Below are positions 26,704 through 37,825 of a DNA stretch of 64,000 bases, one piece after another; within the stretch, counting starts at the first letter, position 1, and each line of letters opens with the position of its first letter. The notes below the pieces were generated by a model. The model had not been told where the DNA came from and ran no database searches. It was given only the letters and a program-made list of their open reading frames with translations. Source of the DNA: Haplodiscus bocki (taxonomy: Eukaryota). Location of the stretch: positions 8,494,001 through 8,558,000 of the forward strand of contig OZ296648.1 of assembly GCA_965655095.1 (NCBI GenBank), in the 5' to 3' direction. A program made the position numbers and the translations under genes.

Positions 26704-26854
26704 TGTCGTGTTGTTTTTGAGTTCAGTTGTTTAGTGAAAGAGTTTGAGATACTTTTTCATCTCGTGGTTTCACACCTTGCTTCCACACTTGATTTTCACA
26801 AAAAACACACGCAGCGAAAATGAATTGCATCGCTTTTTTGGTTTGCGTTCGCTT

Positions 26855-27100
26855 ATTTAATTAAATTACATCTACAAACGCGGAAATATTAATGTCTTCA
26901 TTGAGAACTTTAATTACCTTCAATCGATGGGCGTAATTATTTTAATGATTGCTACTGGTTTATACAGAATGTTGTTAGGCCACACTAATTATTCAATTCG
27001 GAGTGACATGTCCTTGGGGTGAAACGTACGTGGGGTAAAACCTACGGGGGGTGAAACGTACGTGGGGTGAAATATCTTCGGGGTGAATTGTCATGTAATC
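26855..27100. repeat. 5' terminal region of the MULE element with 16-bp subterminal repeats
   Basis: GGGGTGAAACGTACGT repeats ending GTCATGTAATC; homologous to 3990-4251. Confidence 0.65.
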
Positions 27101-27779
27101 TTACATGATACCCAAAATTGAAGAATAATTTCTATTTATTTATAAATTAAGTAATTACCAGCGCTTTGTATGATTAAGTAATTACCAGCGTCTTGTATTT
27201 TTTTCTCACATTTTGAACATTTGATTACATGTCAAAAATACTCTAGTGTCAAAATCACAAAAGAGAAAGTTCCCGCTTTTCAGTGTTTTAATTGTTTCTG
27301 AAAATTTTTGGACAAGAAGTATGAAATTTAGTATAAGGATTTTTTTCCAGGCGGTTTCTTGTTTTCAATATTTTTGAGTTGTTATATCGATATTAAACAC
27401 TATGACTTGTATCTTCCCAAGTAGAAACAAAACTTGGAATCATCGTGTATTATCTCATTTCCGTATACGGAAACTTTTCGAAAAGGCTGAAACCAAACAT
27501 CTTAAGCTCGTGGCTCACTCGGTATATGAAATGCAGAAAAGACTCCCCTATGAAAAATTAGAAGCTTTAGACACTGCGAGAGCAATGAAAATTGTGAATA
27601 TACCCATTTTTGTGCAGAAAATCCAGCATTTTCAACAAAATGTTTATTGACATCATGTGTAATTTGATTTTATTGAGACATAATTCAAATCGCATTCTTT
27701 GAGAAAACATTAAGACGCTGGTAATTAATTAAGTGCTAATTAACGACCAATTATACTTTATTTTTGGCTGTTAGAGCAT

Positions 27780-27880
27780 GGGGTATTGTGGTATTGGGTA
27801 TTATGTGACATTGGGTATTATGTGACATTGGGTATTATGGCATTGGGTGTTATGACTTTGGGTATTATGACATGTGACCC
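27780..27880. repeat. 15-17-bp tandem repeats (GGGTATTATG(TG)ACATT), probable DNA-transposon terminus
   Basis: About six copies ending GACATGTGACCC. Similar arrays at ~18808-18890 and ~31440-31500. Confidence 0.45.
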
Positions 27881-28454
27881 TTCTGGGATCCCTTGAACAA
27901 AAGACGCAATTTTCATTCCACTATTGTGTAAAAAATTGAAGGTAGAGGAAAGAACTTGTGAATATATGAAATGACTAGGATCTTGATTGGATCTGCGAGA
28001 TGATTCGGCTCACTGTAACCTTGAACTGGCCTTCGATACCAATTTACAAGATCTTTGATGGATCTCTGAGATCATTGCTTGGACAAAATCCTTGAATGTT
28101 CTTCCGAGAGGCTTGATCCAGAGAACCGTGGTTACATCTTTGAAGTCACTGATCCAGATTTTAACCTGGGCAGGTTTGCCAGCTGACTGATGTAAACAAA
28201 TTTTGAATTCAACATATAGATCACCGATGTAGAAACCCTGTTGTCGGATTTGGAAGTATCTGAACTTACGAATACCTGAAATAGATGCTTGAGAAAATTG
28301 ATTCCGTGAACGTTCTGATCTGATAACTGCTTGAACCAGTGATGTACATTTTTATTTTTCGCCGCATTTTTAATATGCAAGAAAAATTATTCATTCAGTA
28401 GGGTCTTTTTTTTTTTCAGTTGAAAATTGCCAAATTTTTTTTATTCAAAAATAA

Positions 28455-28775
28455 ATGACAGCAGTGTGGTTAGGCAACTAGGCTCTGAAGCGGTAGGTCC
28501 GGGCTCGAATCTCTACCGTGTCAGATATTTTTATGATTTCACTGACTTGTCAGAAATTCCCTTTCAAATGTTCCCATGGCACAGTGGGTCGGACAACATT
28601 ATTCTGAAGCGGTAGGTCTGGGTTCGAGCTCTGTCGTGCCAGGTCTGGGTTCGAGTCTCTGTCGTGCCAAATTTTTTTATGATTTCACTGACATTTGTCA
28701 AAAATTCCAATGGTTCCCATGGCACAGTGGGTAGGACAACAGGGTTTTGAAGCGGTAGGAACGGGTTAGTATCCC
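28455..28775 (+). repeat. Tandem tRNA-derived SINE-like units
   Basis: Three related units with an A-box-like GGCACAGTGGGT(A/C)G and a B-box-like GGTTCGAG separated by TGAAGCGGTAGG. Confidence 0.45.
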
Positions 28776-29456
28776 AGCCTTTACCTACATTTTTTTACTT
28801 AAATGTTACGACGGAAAATCGTAAATCGTAATACCCCCCCCCCCCTCGCATGCATGAAAAGTTTCGACAGCAGAATTTTTTTGAAACCAGGAAGGGTTTT
28901 TTTTCGACGGAGAATCGCAATACTCCCTTTGATTTTTCCGCAAGAAGAAAATTGACAAAATTACGCAAATTTGACCTGATCAGATTACCATTGAGTAAGC
29001 AATTTTTGTTGAACTTTTCGAAGAAAAAGTTTTTGATCGCGATGTAAACAACTTTTTACAGTTTTTAATGTATATCTTCTCAGTAGATTCTAAACCTCTT
29101 ATCTGGCGTTGATTCAACATATAATAAGGATTCATTTTTGAAAGTGTGATATTTCCAGATTTTTTACAACAGAATCATTCAAATGAAAGTATCTTGAATT
29201 TTTTAATAAAAACTAATAGAAATGTATATCACTGGAGTGCTCTGGTCGCTTCAGGATATGAACGAATTTTCGACACCTTCTTGAGTTTGGAATCTGGAAA
29301 CAATCTTCGATGTCACAAATCTGTTTAGGTTTTTGAATGGATCATAGATATGCTTTGAAAAAGTGGCAAAATGTATGGAATCTACCCTCTGGGAAGACAG
29401 GGTCGTTTTTATAAAATGGACTCGAAAAGTCATAATTTTGTCCTTTTCTGCGTCAG

Positions 29457-29741
29457 GTGAATTTGGTGCGAGGAGTGATGGACGAACCTCACCTGCAGCA
29501 GAACGTGAATTGTCTCGCTGGAGTGGGCACACTAGTGCTGGAGTTTGGGTTGCTCTCCCATCTCAGTGGGGATCCCATCTACGACAGAGTGGCACGTAAT
29601 GCCCTCTCGGCTGTGTGGTCCATGCGCAATAACGTCACTTCTCTTCTGGGAAATTCCTTCGACATACATTCTATGAGGTGGCAAAGTACCCTAAGTGGAG
29701 TCGGTGCTGGCATGGACTCTTTCTACGAGTATCTCATCAAG
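29457..29741 (+). CDS. EDEM1: EDEM1-like exon
   Basis: VNL...CLAGVGTLVLEFGLLSHLSGDP...SGVGAGMDSFYEYLIK (GH47 motifs) with AG/GT boundaries. Confidence 0.93.
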
Positions 29742-30190
29742 GTCGGTGTGTTCTGATACGATTTCATCTTCGCGTTGAACCATTAATTTCTTCTGATGTT
29801 ACAATTAAGAGATGTGTCCCTGCGTTCTGTCTGGTGGGGGGGGGGAGGGAGGGAGTGGTAAAATTATTTACATTCAAATGTCTTGTAATAGTTTGAGGGG
29901 TAATTTAGTGGTTGAGGAATAGTCACTCCCTCTTACAGCCGATTGAGAACACTGACTGTAATAGAATCCGAAGTGATGTAACTAACCCTCATGTTATGAA
30001 AATAGGACCTCCTGAGTATTGCGCCGTTTTTTCCAAGTTTGAAAATCTTTGTATTTTTCAAATAGACAACTACAATAGCTTGAGTTTTTCGTCGACAAAC
30101 ATCACACCACTTAACTGTAAAACTGAGCTTGCTGTTCGTCGAAAGTTTTGTACCTATTAACAGCAAGTTATTTTCAATGCCATGTTTCAG

Positions 30191-30273
30191 GCGTATGTGA
30201 TGTTCAATGAGGAAGACTATTTGACTTTATTCCGCGAAGCATATCAATTGGTGTCCATCTACAACAAAGAGGG
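30191..30273 (+). CDS. EDEM1: EDEM1-like exon
   Basis: AYVMFNEEDYLTLFREAY. TTTCAG acceptor and GTGCGT donor; phase is consistent. Confidence 0.85.
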
Positions 30274-30787
30274 GTGCGTACTTCCAACACCACTTTCATT
30301 AGCTTATGCAAAAAACGCTTTGTTCATTTTCCTTCACAATCATTGATAACACAAGGTTCAAAAGGAAGGAAATGCATGAAATCACAACTAGTCTTATTTG
30401 TCTAGAAGGCAATGAGGAAAACTATGAATCTCTACGTATCGTTCTGGGTCGGAGCAAAACCCAATTTTTACAGAAACCTTGAGCGAAATTTCAAGACAAC
30501 TTCTGAATAGTCCATCATGCCCCCTTGGAAATTTCAAAATTTGTGTTCGTTCCCCGGTTGGAGAAAACCAGAAGGTTCTTCCGCGATGCCTAATTTGTAT
30601 GTATCAAGATTTTGAAGAAGGTACATTCCGAATCATGCTTTATTTTGAATATCCCAATAGCGGAAATGCATCTTCGAAACATTTTGTGGGCCCCCTTGTT
30701 TTCTTTTCAATTTTGACCTTTATGAGCCTATCCCGACGTGAGTGATAAGTGAGTTCTCAAGTTCCAAATTAGAAGAATGTACTGTAG

Positions 30788-31740
30788 GGGGGCAAGAAAA
30801 AACAACCGATTTTAAATGAGACAAAACCGCCGATTTCGAAAATGAGACAGAACCGCCGATTTTACAGTGGGATAAAACCGCCGATTTTGTAAAAGAGAAA
30901 AAACTTCCATCAAAGTTGTTTCTCTGATAAAAGCATCTTGGCCCAATTATCGATAATTAGCAATTAAATTACCAATAGAAACAGATACCACTAACTAAAA
31001 GCAATTTCCTTCAATTTCTTCGGCAAAGAAATTTTCGCAAATGCCAACACCAAAGATTTTATATTGAAACCCTCGCTTCCATACTAAATTTGTAATACCC
31101 ACCGCCTATCTTTTGTGAAAAGAACTCCTCTGAATAAGTAAAATTTCTCCTCAAAAACTAAAACGCCATTACCAAAATATTCAGAAATGGTCTATTCGGA
31201 TATTTGGGTTCATACATTTGGGTATCAAGAAAAATCAGAAAATTATCTGACGCAGAAATTAAAATAGGTTGTTTTTTGTAATAGTTTTTCAATTTCATTG
31301 GCATATCATTTAGTGACAGAAAATTTAGTTTTGGAGATATAAGGATTATCAATTTTCATAATATTCTGTTCCTGGCCGTCCAAAATTTTAACCTTGGCTT
31401 TTTACAAAAATTCAAATTTCGATCAAAATTTTTTTTGACTTTTGGGTTTTTTTTGGGTATTTTGGGCTTGATTATTTTGGGTTTGATATTTTGGAGTAGA
31501 CCCATTTCATTAGTATAGTGATAATTTAATAGCTAATTATCCGTAATTAGGCCAAGACGCTTTCATCTTGAACAACTTTTATCTTTGCAAAGACTAGCGA
31601 TCTGTTTTATTACAAATCGGTGGTTTTGACCCACTTTAAAATCGGCGGTTTTGTCTCTTTATCAAAATCAGCGATTTTATCCCGTTTTCAAAATCGACTC
31701 TTCTGTCCCACTTTAAAATCGGCGGTTTTGTCTCGCATCC
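30788..31740. mobile_element. Non-autonomous Mutator-like/foldback MITE
   Basis: 9-bp TSD GTACTGTAG (30779-30787 and 31741-31749). TIRs are built of GAGACAAAACCGCCGATTTT repeats and their reverse complement. Confidence 0.8.
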
Positions 31741-31816
31741 GTACTGTAGTGATAGGATGCGATAATACATGATGATTTTGTTTTGATATATTGAAAACTT
31801 CCGTTTTTTATTTCAG

Positions 31817-31955
31817 GAGATTCAAGTGTCTTAATTTTGGGGGTGAGAAAGGCCACCAAGGGGGTCCTCCTTTGTTTCGAAATGTAGATTTACGAAATGG
31901 CGATATCGTCACTAACTGGATCGATTCTCTGCAAGCCGCTTGGCCCGGAATATTG
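31817..31955 (+). CDS. EDEM1: EDEM1-like exon (last before the 28.8-kb intron)
   Basis: GRFKC...GGPPLFRNV...WIDSLQAAWPGIL. The GRxxC...PPL insert is EDEM1-like rather than EDEM2/3-like (from recall of the vertebrate proteins). Confidence 0.88.
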
Positions 31956-33011
31956 GTTAGCTTTTGTCTTTAAAAAATACTTCTGAAGCCCTAGCCCCGT
32001 ACGGTTACAATCAACGCAAAGTTATTAGTCGTTACTACTCTGCGGTTCCTATCAAGAGTTGGGGTTATATTTAGAAGGGGATCTGTTCAAAAGTGGCTGA
32101 TACTTAAGAAGAGGGGTACTAATAGAGGATCCAATAATTTTCAAATTCATCAGCTTTGTTAGTACCAAATTTGGAATGTACGCGCGATTTCTCCCAACAT
32201 TTTTCATTTGAGGTCGGGAAAACTTTGTGAGTCACGGATTGGGCAGCATGCTATTATGTGAACAAGAAATGGCAAACGATTCTTATATTTTCCGATCCAT
32301 ACCAAGAGTGTCAAAACAAGAAGGGCGTTGCCAATTGTGAGGTTTAGACAGTACGAGGGGAGTGACTTAGCAAGAGCACCAGAGTGGCAATGCATTGCAG
32401 CTTTTTATAGCGGTGTAATTTTCAGGTCATGAAGCCGATAGACTTAAGGCATATAGGTTTCACTTGCTCTTTCTTCTTCGCGACTTTCCGATCATCTTTC
32501 GCAAATCGATTCGTGACTGGCCGGCGGAGCGATACGATAATTTCTTTATTTACTTTGATATTACACTTCTGTGGAGTATTTTCCGGTTCGTACACAGCTC
32601 AAAAAAGTTCCCACATTTTGATCAGATGAAAAGGAGTGTTCTTGGCTCGACTCTACTGACTCTGCCATTGCCGCTTGAGATTCGGTATTGTTATTTAAGT
32701 ATCAAGCGAATGAAATATTTTAGCGTTTCTTATTTGTATTCCATCTGCGCAAGTATTGCGAAGCACAGCTTCACATCTGTGTTTAAATATATTTTCTTCC
32801 CATAGCTATAGCGATTGTCACTATTTACTCCTCGATTTCAATTGATGCAGGAGAATGTTCATATGTTCTCAAATTTCCTAATGTGTTTTTGAGCTTATTT
32901 TAGGCTTTCTACAAATTCTGATAAAAATGAAGAATGTGTATTGAAAACCGGCTTCTGCTTCGTTTTATCATGTCCAAAAGCTGAATTTTTTGACGTCATC
33001 ACACTCTAGTG

Positions 33012-33374
33012 ACACTTGCCCAAGCAAGTATTATAACAGTCATATTTTTTACGATCCATTCACAACTGATACATGTTCCCAGATTTTGACCAAAGAGGAG
33101 GGAACTGGAACCGTTCTCATCGCAATTGCATGCTCTACTGACTGCCACCGTCGATTCAGCATCATTGTTTTTTCATTTGAAATATCGAGCGAATGATATC
33201 TTATAGCGTTTCTTCCTGGTGTATAATTGTTCGAGAATTAACTGAGTTTCTGTACACTTGTTATCAGTATTATTAGTAGTATGTTGGGCTCTTCAAAAAT
33301 CAGTTTTATTTAGTCGATTTGTTCACTAGTATTCAGTTGGCGCAAATGTTGCGAAGCACACCTTCGACTCTGAG
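33012..33374 (+). mobile_element. Non-autonomous Helentron-like short element
   Basis: 5' ACACTTGCCCAAGCAAGT and 3' GCGCAAATGTTGCGAAGCACACCTTCG. Body is similar to 34758-35150. Confidence 0.5.
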
Positions 33375-34757
33375 TCATCTCGTGTAGATGGTCAAAACCG
33401 GCTTCTTGTTCATTTTCAAGTTGTTTACTGTGCAACGTTAAACAGGCAGCAAAATGGCGTATTGTAAAAAATGATTGTAATATCAACTTTTCGAGTGTGA
33501 CAACATGTGGTAACAGCTACTTGTCTCAATTTGACTTTTTAGAACATTCTTGACTGACAGCTGGTGCAGTATTTCTGAAAGTGTCAATCACATCTCTGAT
33601 CATGCTTGCAAATATCTTTTGGGATTCATGATCTCAACTTACAATTGAAATGTGTCGCGAATTTCCGATCCGCTTCTGAAATTGAGATATTTGGAAGTTG
33701 GTGTGTTGTTTATTTTCGCCTTCAAAATGCTACTATTCTAAATATTGGGAAAAGTTCCATTTTACGACACTAAACGAAAGAATTGCAGCTGAGAAGAAAC
33801 AACAAAAACTTTGAGCTCCTTATCCTAATGGAGCTTTAATATATCCAAATATGTGACTTTCTTAAAATTTGCGAGTCAAACTAACGCTAAATTTCAGTAT
33901 TAAAGATGATCACCTACTTCTTCCCAGCGTTGAGAAAATAACGCTCTTAAATTCTTCACAATAATTTTGCAAAGACTAAAGAAATTTGGATGCCTTACAG
34001 CAAAAGTGATTCTTCTTTGGGTAATCATTTTCTCTCATTATACCTGAGAAGCGCTGCTGAGTTGAATTTGAAGCAGTCAAACCGCTAAAACTCACTGGCA
34101 AAAAAACACCTGTAAATGAAATAAGTACACCTGTAAATCGAAAGATACTAAATACCCGCTATGGCAAAAGAAGACTATGAATATATAAAATTGCTCACTC
34201 GATCAAATGGAAACAGGAGTCGTATTCGAACACACGTACAGGTGCGATCAATTTTGGTTGTTTTTTTATTCCTGTATCAGCACATTCTTACTTGTTCCTC
34301 AACTTTGGCCCTCATGCAAATTTTGAGCAGGGGACGTCGACGGGCAATCCTCCTCCGCGTCAATGAACGAATTTTTAGTCGTTAATCTCGACCACAATTT
34401 CAGGGGGTCCAAAACGCAATTGTCAAGTTCAATTTACATATACTGTCCAGTATAATAGGACATCACAATGCCATCATTAGTCCAGGGTGCCATTGCCTGT
34501 TCTAATGCGGCATTTTAGCCAAGCCACTGAAATAGCTGTGCAAAGAAAGTCAAACACCGTTAGGATGCCATCAGGCACGGACATCCATGACAATACAGTC
34601 TAAAATGATGTATCATACTTAACTTACCTTGTTAGGCATTCATTTAGCATGTCTGAAGGCCAATAGATTTTAGTTTTTTTTTCAATAGGCAAAGACGGGC
34701 GTGATCTACCGACTTAGTGAGGTTGAGTGCTAGAGTGAACCGGACTGTTTTATTCTT

Positions 34758-35150
34758 ACACTTGTGCAAGCAAGTTGCTCAACACATTCTCTATTTTTTC
34801 TGGTCCCTTCACCTCTGACACAAGTTCCTGGATTTGACCAAAGAAAGCGAAGTGACCTAGGCTCTAGCCTAGGACCGTTCGAGCCGCAGTCGCATGCTCT
34901 ACTGACTGCGCCATTGTCGCTTGAACATGAGTTTTTTATTTAAAATATCCAGCGAATGAAATCTTAAAGCGTTTCTTCCTGGTATATAATTGTTCAAGAA
35001 TTAACTGAGTTTCTGTACAATTGCTATCAGCAGTATTAGTAGTATGTTGGGCCCTTTCAAAAATTAGTTATTTTTAGTCGATTTGTTTTCTTGTATTCGA
35101 GTTTTTTTCTGTTGGCGCAAGTGTTGCGAAAGACAGCTTCGCCTCTGTGT
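34758..35150 (+). mobile_element. Non-autonomous Helentron-like short element
   Basis: 5' ACACTTGTGCAAGCAAGT; 3' sub-terminal inverted repeat GCGCAAGTGT followed by a CGAA...TTCG hairpin. Confidence 0.5.
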
Positions 35151-35599
35151 TATCTACTTTTATTCATTTGTATTGACTTCCTCCGGCTCCAACCTAAAGC
35201 TAATGTCAAAAATTACTCTTTGATCTAAAATACCTGATTCAAGTATTCTCAGATGTGCCATTTGAATTGGCATCTGAATTTGCGCTTTTCGAAAATGTTC
35301 ACTATTCGTCGCGTCAAAGTATTGTTGATTCAGAAAGTGTTCAAAAATTGCAACCTATTCAAGACGGCAAAAATTGTTCAATAGTATACCATTGAAAGCG
35401 AAATTTACGGCTCTTTTAATAGTGCGCAATGTTTCAACGTGATTGGACTTGATGCTAATTTCGCTGAATCCCAATTTTTTCAATGATTCTATATTTTTAG
35501 CGCGTAATGCCTCACATCCGTGTTGCCTGTATTTTGTTTTTTTTTTTTGTCTGATTTCATTCTGTTTGCGTTTCTTTGGATACAAAATGAAGGGTATTT

Positions 35600-36631
35600 T
35601 GTCACGACTTCTTCCCGCATCACTGGTCATCTTGGCCTCAATCCCAATGACAACCGCTGGGCCGTCTCCTAAAGTGTTTACTGAATGGGCGCGCCATGCC
35701 GGTGAACTGACAATGAATCCGGTGTGGTCAAAAATAGAACGAAGTCTTAGTTTCGTAAATGACTGGGGAGATTTTGATAGAAACATCTTCCGGATTCCGT
35801 AGAGGTCATTTGAACTACGTCCATACGAGAACGCTGTCCTCTTTTTGGAATGACTAGTAATTTTTTCCCAATGGGGCGACATCTGAATCACTATCGTCTC
35901 CTCCTCTCTATATAACCGACTGTGAACAACTCAGGTGCTTGCGGTTTTACTAACGCCTCTATACTAATTTAGTTCGCCTGCGAATTTTCTGTAAATTCCT
36001 GGTCTCCGCCTTAAAACTTCAGAATACACACGAGGCTGAACACAAGAAAATAGTTGATCAGAATCCACCATACTTGCCGCCCTCAGGAATCTGCTGTCGA
36101 GCTAGAAAGAACTTCGCTTATTTGAGACCACGGGTTCGATCAGCCAATCTTTGTTGATTTTTTTCCGAAACGGTTGAATTCAGTCCGTCGCTGCACCAGC
36201 CATTGAAATTCGTGTGTCAGCATCGCTAAATGAAACTGGTCGCCATTCCAACTGCATTAATGTTTCTCCAATTAGCACTTCGTTAATTGATGCCCACTCT
36301 GCTTTGCGTGCAGGAGTAATTCTATGAAACGCATATTCCTTTGCTGCTGTCTCCTACAAGCAGAAAAAATTAACAATTTATCCATATTTTTGGCTGCAAC
36401 TGTTTGGCACAGCATTTTCTAAAATTTATGTTGCAAGCAGAAAAATTCCCCGTCCATCTTATTTTCGGATTACGAAGTTTGACTCACCAACTGTTCTCTG
36501 CATTTCTTTATTCGTCTCCTTTAGCATGGAATAAGTCATTTTTCCGAAATACAGTGACGACTAATTGAGCTCTGTAGATGAATTTTGTTCTAACATCTTT
36601 TTATTGACCTTTGAAAATACAGAAGAAATTC
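35600..36631 (-). pseudogene. Heavily decayed LTR-retrotransposon pol (integrase side), interrupted by the palindromic element
   Basis: Weak remnants FHRITP and KISPVIYE. Appears to continue at 57339 across the TSD. Confidence 0.3.
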
Positions 36632-36637
36632 GCAGTG
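36632..36637 (+). repeat. Left 6-bp target site duplication GCAGTG
   Basis: Identical direct copy at 57333-57338, immediately outside the inverted termini. Confidence 0.9.
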
Positions 36638-37620
36638 AATAATATACTATATTGCGGATTTACCGGTAACTCCCCTGCGGGTCCTTACTAATAAATCCGA
36701 CAATATAGCCGTTCCCTACGCTTCGCTTCGGTCACTTATATTATTGCTCAGCTCTTTGAGCTTCGCCTTTCCTGACTCGCTTCTACGAAGCTCGTGGGAT
36801 GCTCGTCTCCGTCTCGCATAACTGATATACAATCACATACCATTATTTTCCACCACATAAAAACCATAGTTGAAATAAGCATGAATGTAAGGAAACGTGT
36901 ATATAAAAATCCACATTTATGTAAACGTAAAATTGTGAAGCAACGGTAAAACGTACTTGCACGTGTATTTTTATGTTAGTATTCTCTTTTCTATTTTGTC
37001 TCCTATAGCAGATCGGTATTTGTAGAATGACATCGATGAAGTTAAGGTATTGCCGCAGTGTTTGGGGTTCGCTGCTTAATACGTATCCCCAGTCGTTTGT
37101 CGTACATTGCCATGATGCTATAGGAGGAACTGTCCATGTCTTAATGCTTGAAAAAGCAGAATAGATCGACGGGGATATCCACCAGGAATGCTCACTCGAA
37201 GACAGCTGAAAAGCTCGACATGAAAGTTGGCCAGTGGATATTTTATCTTATTACGAAAACACGATTTCTGAGAAATATTCACCTTATGCCGACATACCTT
37301 AAACATGTAGAGATTATAAAATTTCAAGCTACAAATACAAATGATATACCATTAGAAAGCTCGTTAAAAGTTTAGTAAACCCTGAAAATTTCAGCTTTGT
37401 ATCTATTACCATCTTCGAGAAAATTGACAAAAACCTAAAATGTCGACATACCTTAAACATGTAGAGATTGTAAAATTTTGAGTTACAACAATGTGTGATA
37501 TACTTTTGGATAGCTTGTTGTAATAATAGTTTACCCTGAAAATTTCAACTTCGTATCTATTATAATTATTTGAATAAAAGTACGATGATTCAGAAATCAT
37601 TGTTAACAATAAAATTATTA
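36638..37620. promoter_or_regulatory. Left terminal non-coding region, putative replication origin (mirrored at 56347-57332)
   Basis: AATAAT terminal repeat, a cluster of GC-richer short hairpins at 36655-36820, and a degenerate direct repeat with ~154-bp period (37290 vs 37444). Confidence 0.55.
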
Positions 37621-37624
37621 TAAA

Positions 37625-37825
37625 TGATGATCGATGATGAGATATATGATTCAGATTTTGATGATTCTGATTTTGAAGATTTAGTTCATAGCGGTAAAGA
37701 TATACAAATTATTTATTTTGATAATATAGAACAATTTCAACAATCTGAAAAAACTTAATATAATTGGTGGGCTTAATCATAATTCAAATATCGCACAATA
37801 TATTATAATCAAACCAGGAAAATAA
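37625..37825 (+). pseudogene. Left-arm copy of the small acidic protein, frameshifted
   Basis: Mirror of 56143-56346 with a 2-bp deletion near 37750. Confidence 0.6.

Noticed and set aside
20508-28775. Functional tRNA genes at ~20510 and ~28460-28775
   Set aside because: A- and B-box-like motifs are present but the stems are incomplete; more consistent with SINEs or pseudogenes.
36632-36639. 8-bp TSD GCAGTGAA
   Set aside because: The AA on the left is needed to pair with the terminal TT at 57331-57332, so a 6-bp TSD gives symmetric ends. The extra match on the right is treated as coincidence.
37118-37609. 67-75-aa ORFs in the terminal region (and mirrors at 56595-56852)
   Set aside because: No motifs, overlapping on both strands, lying across a degenerate direct repeat and lacking the TAAATG-type start. 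Treated as non-coding.
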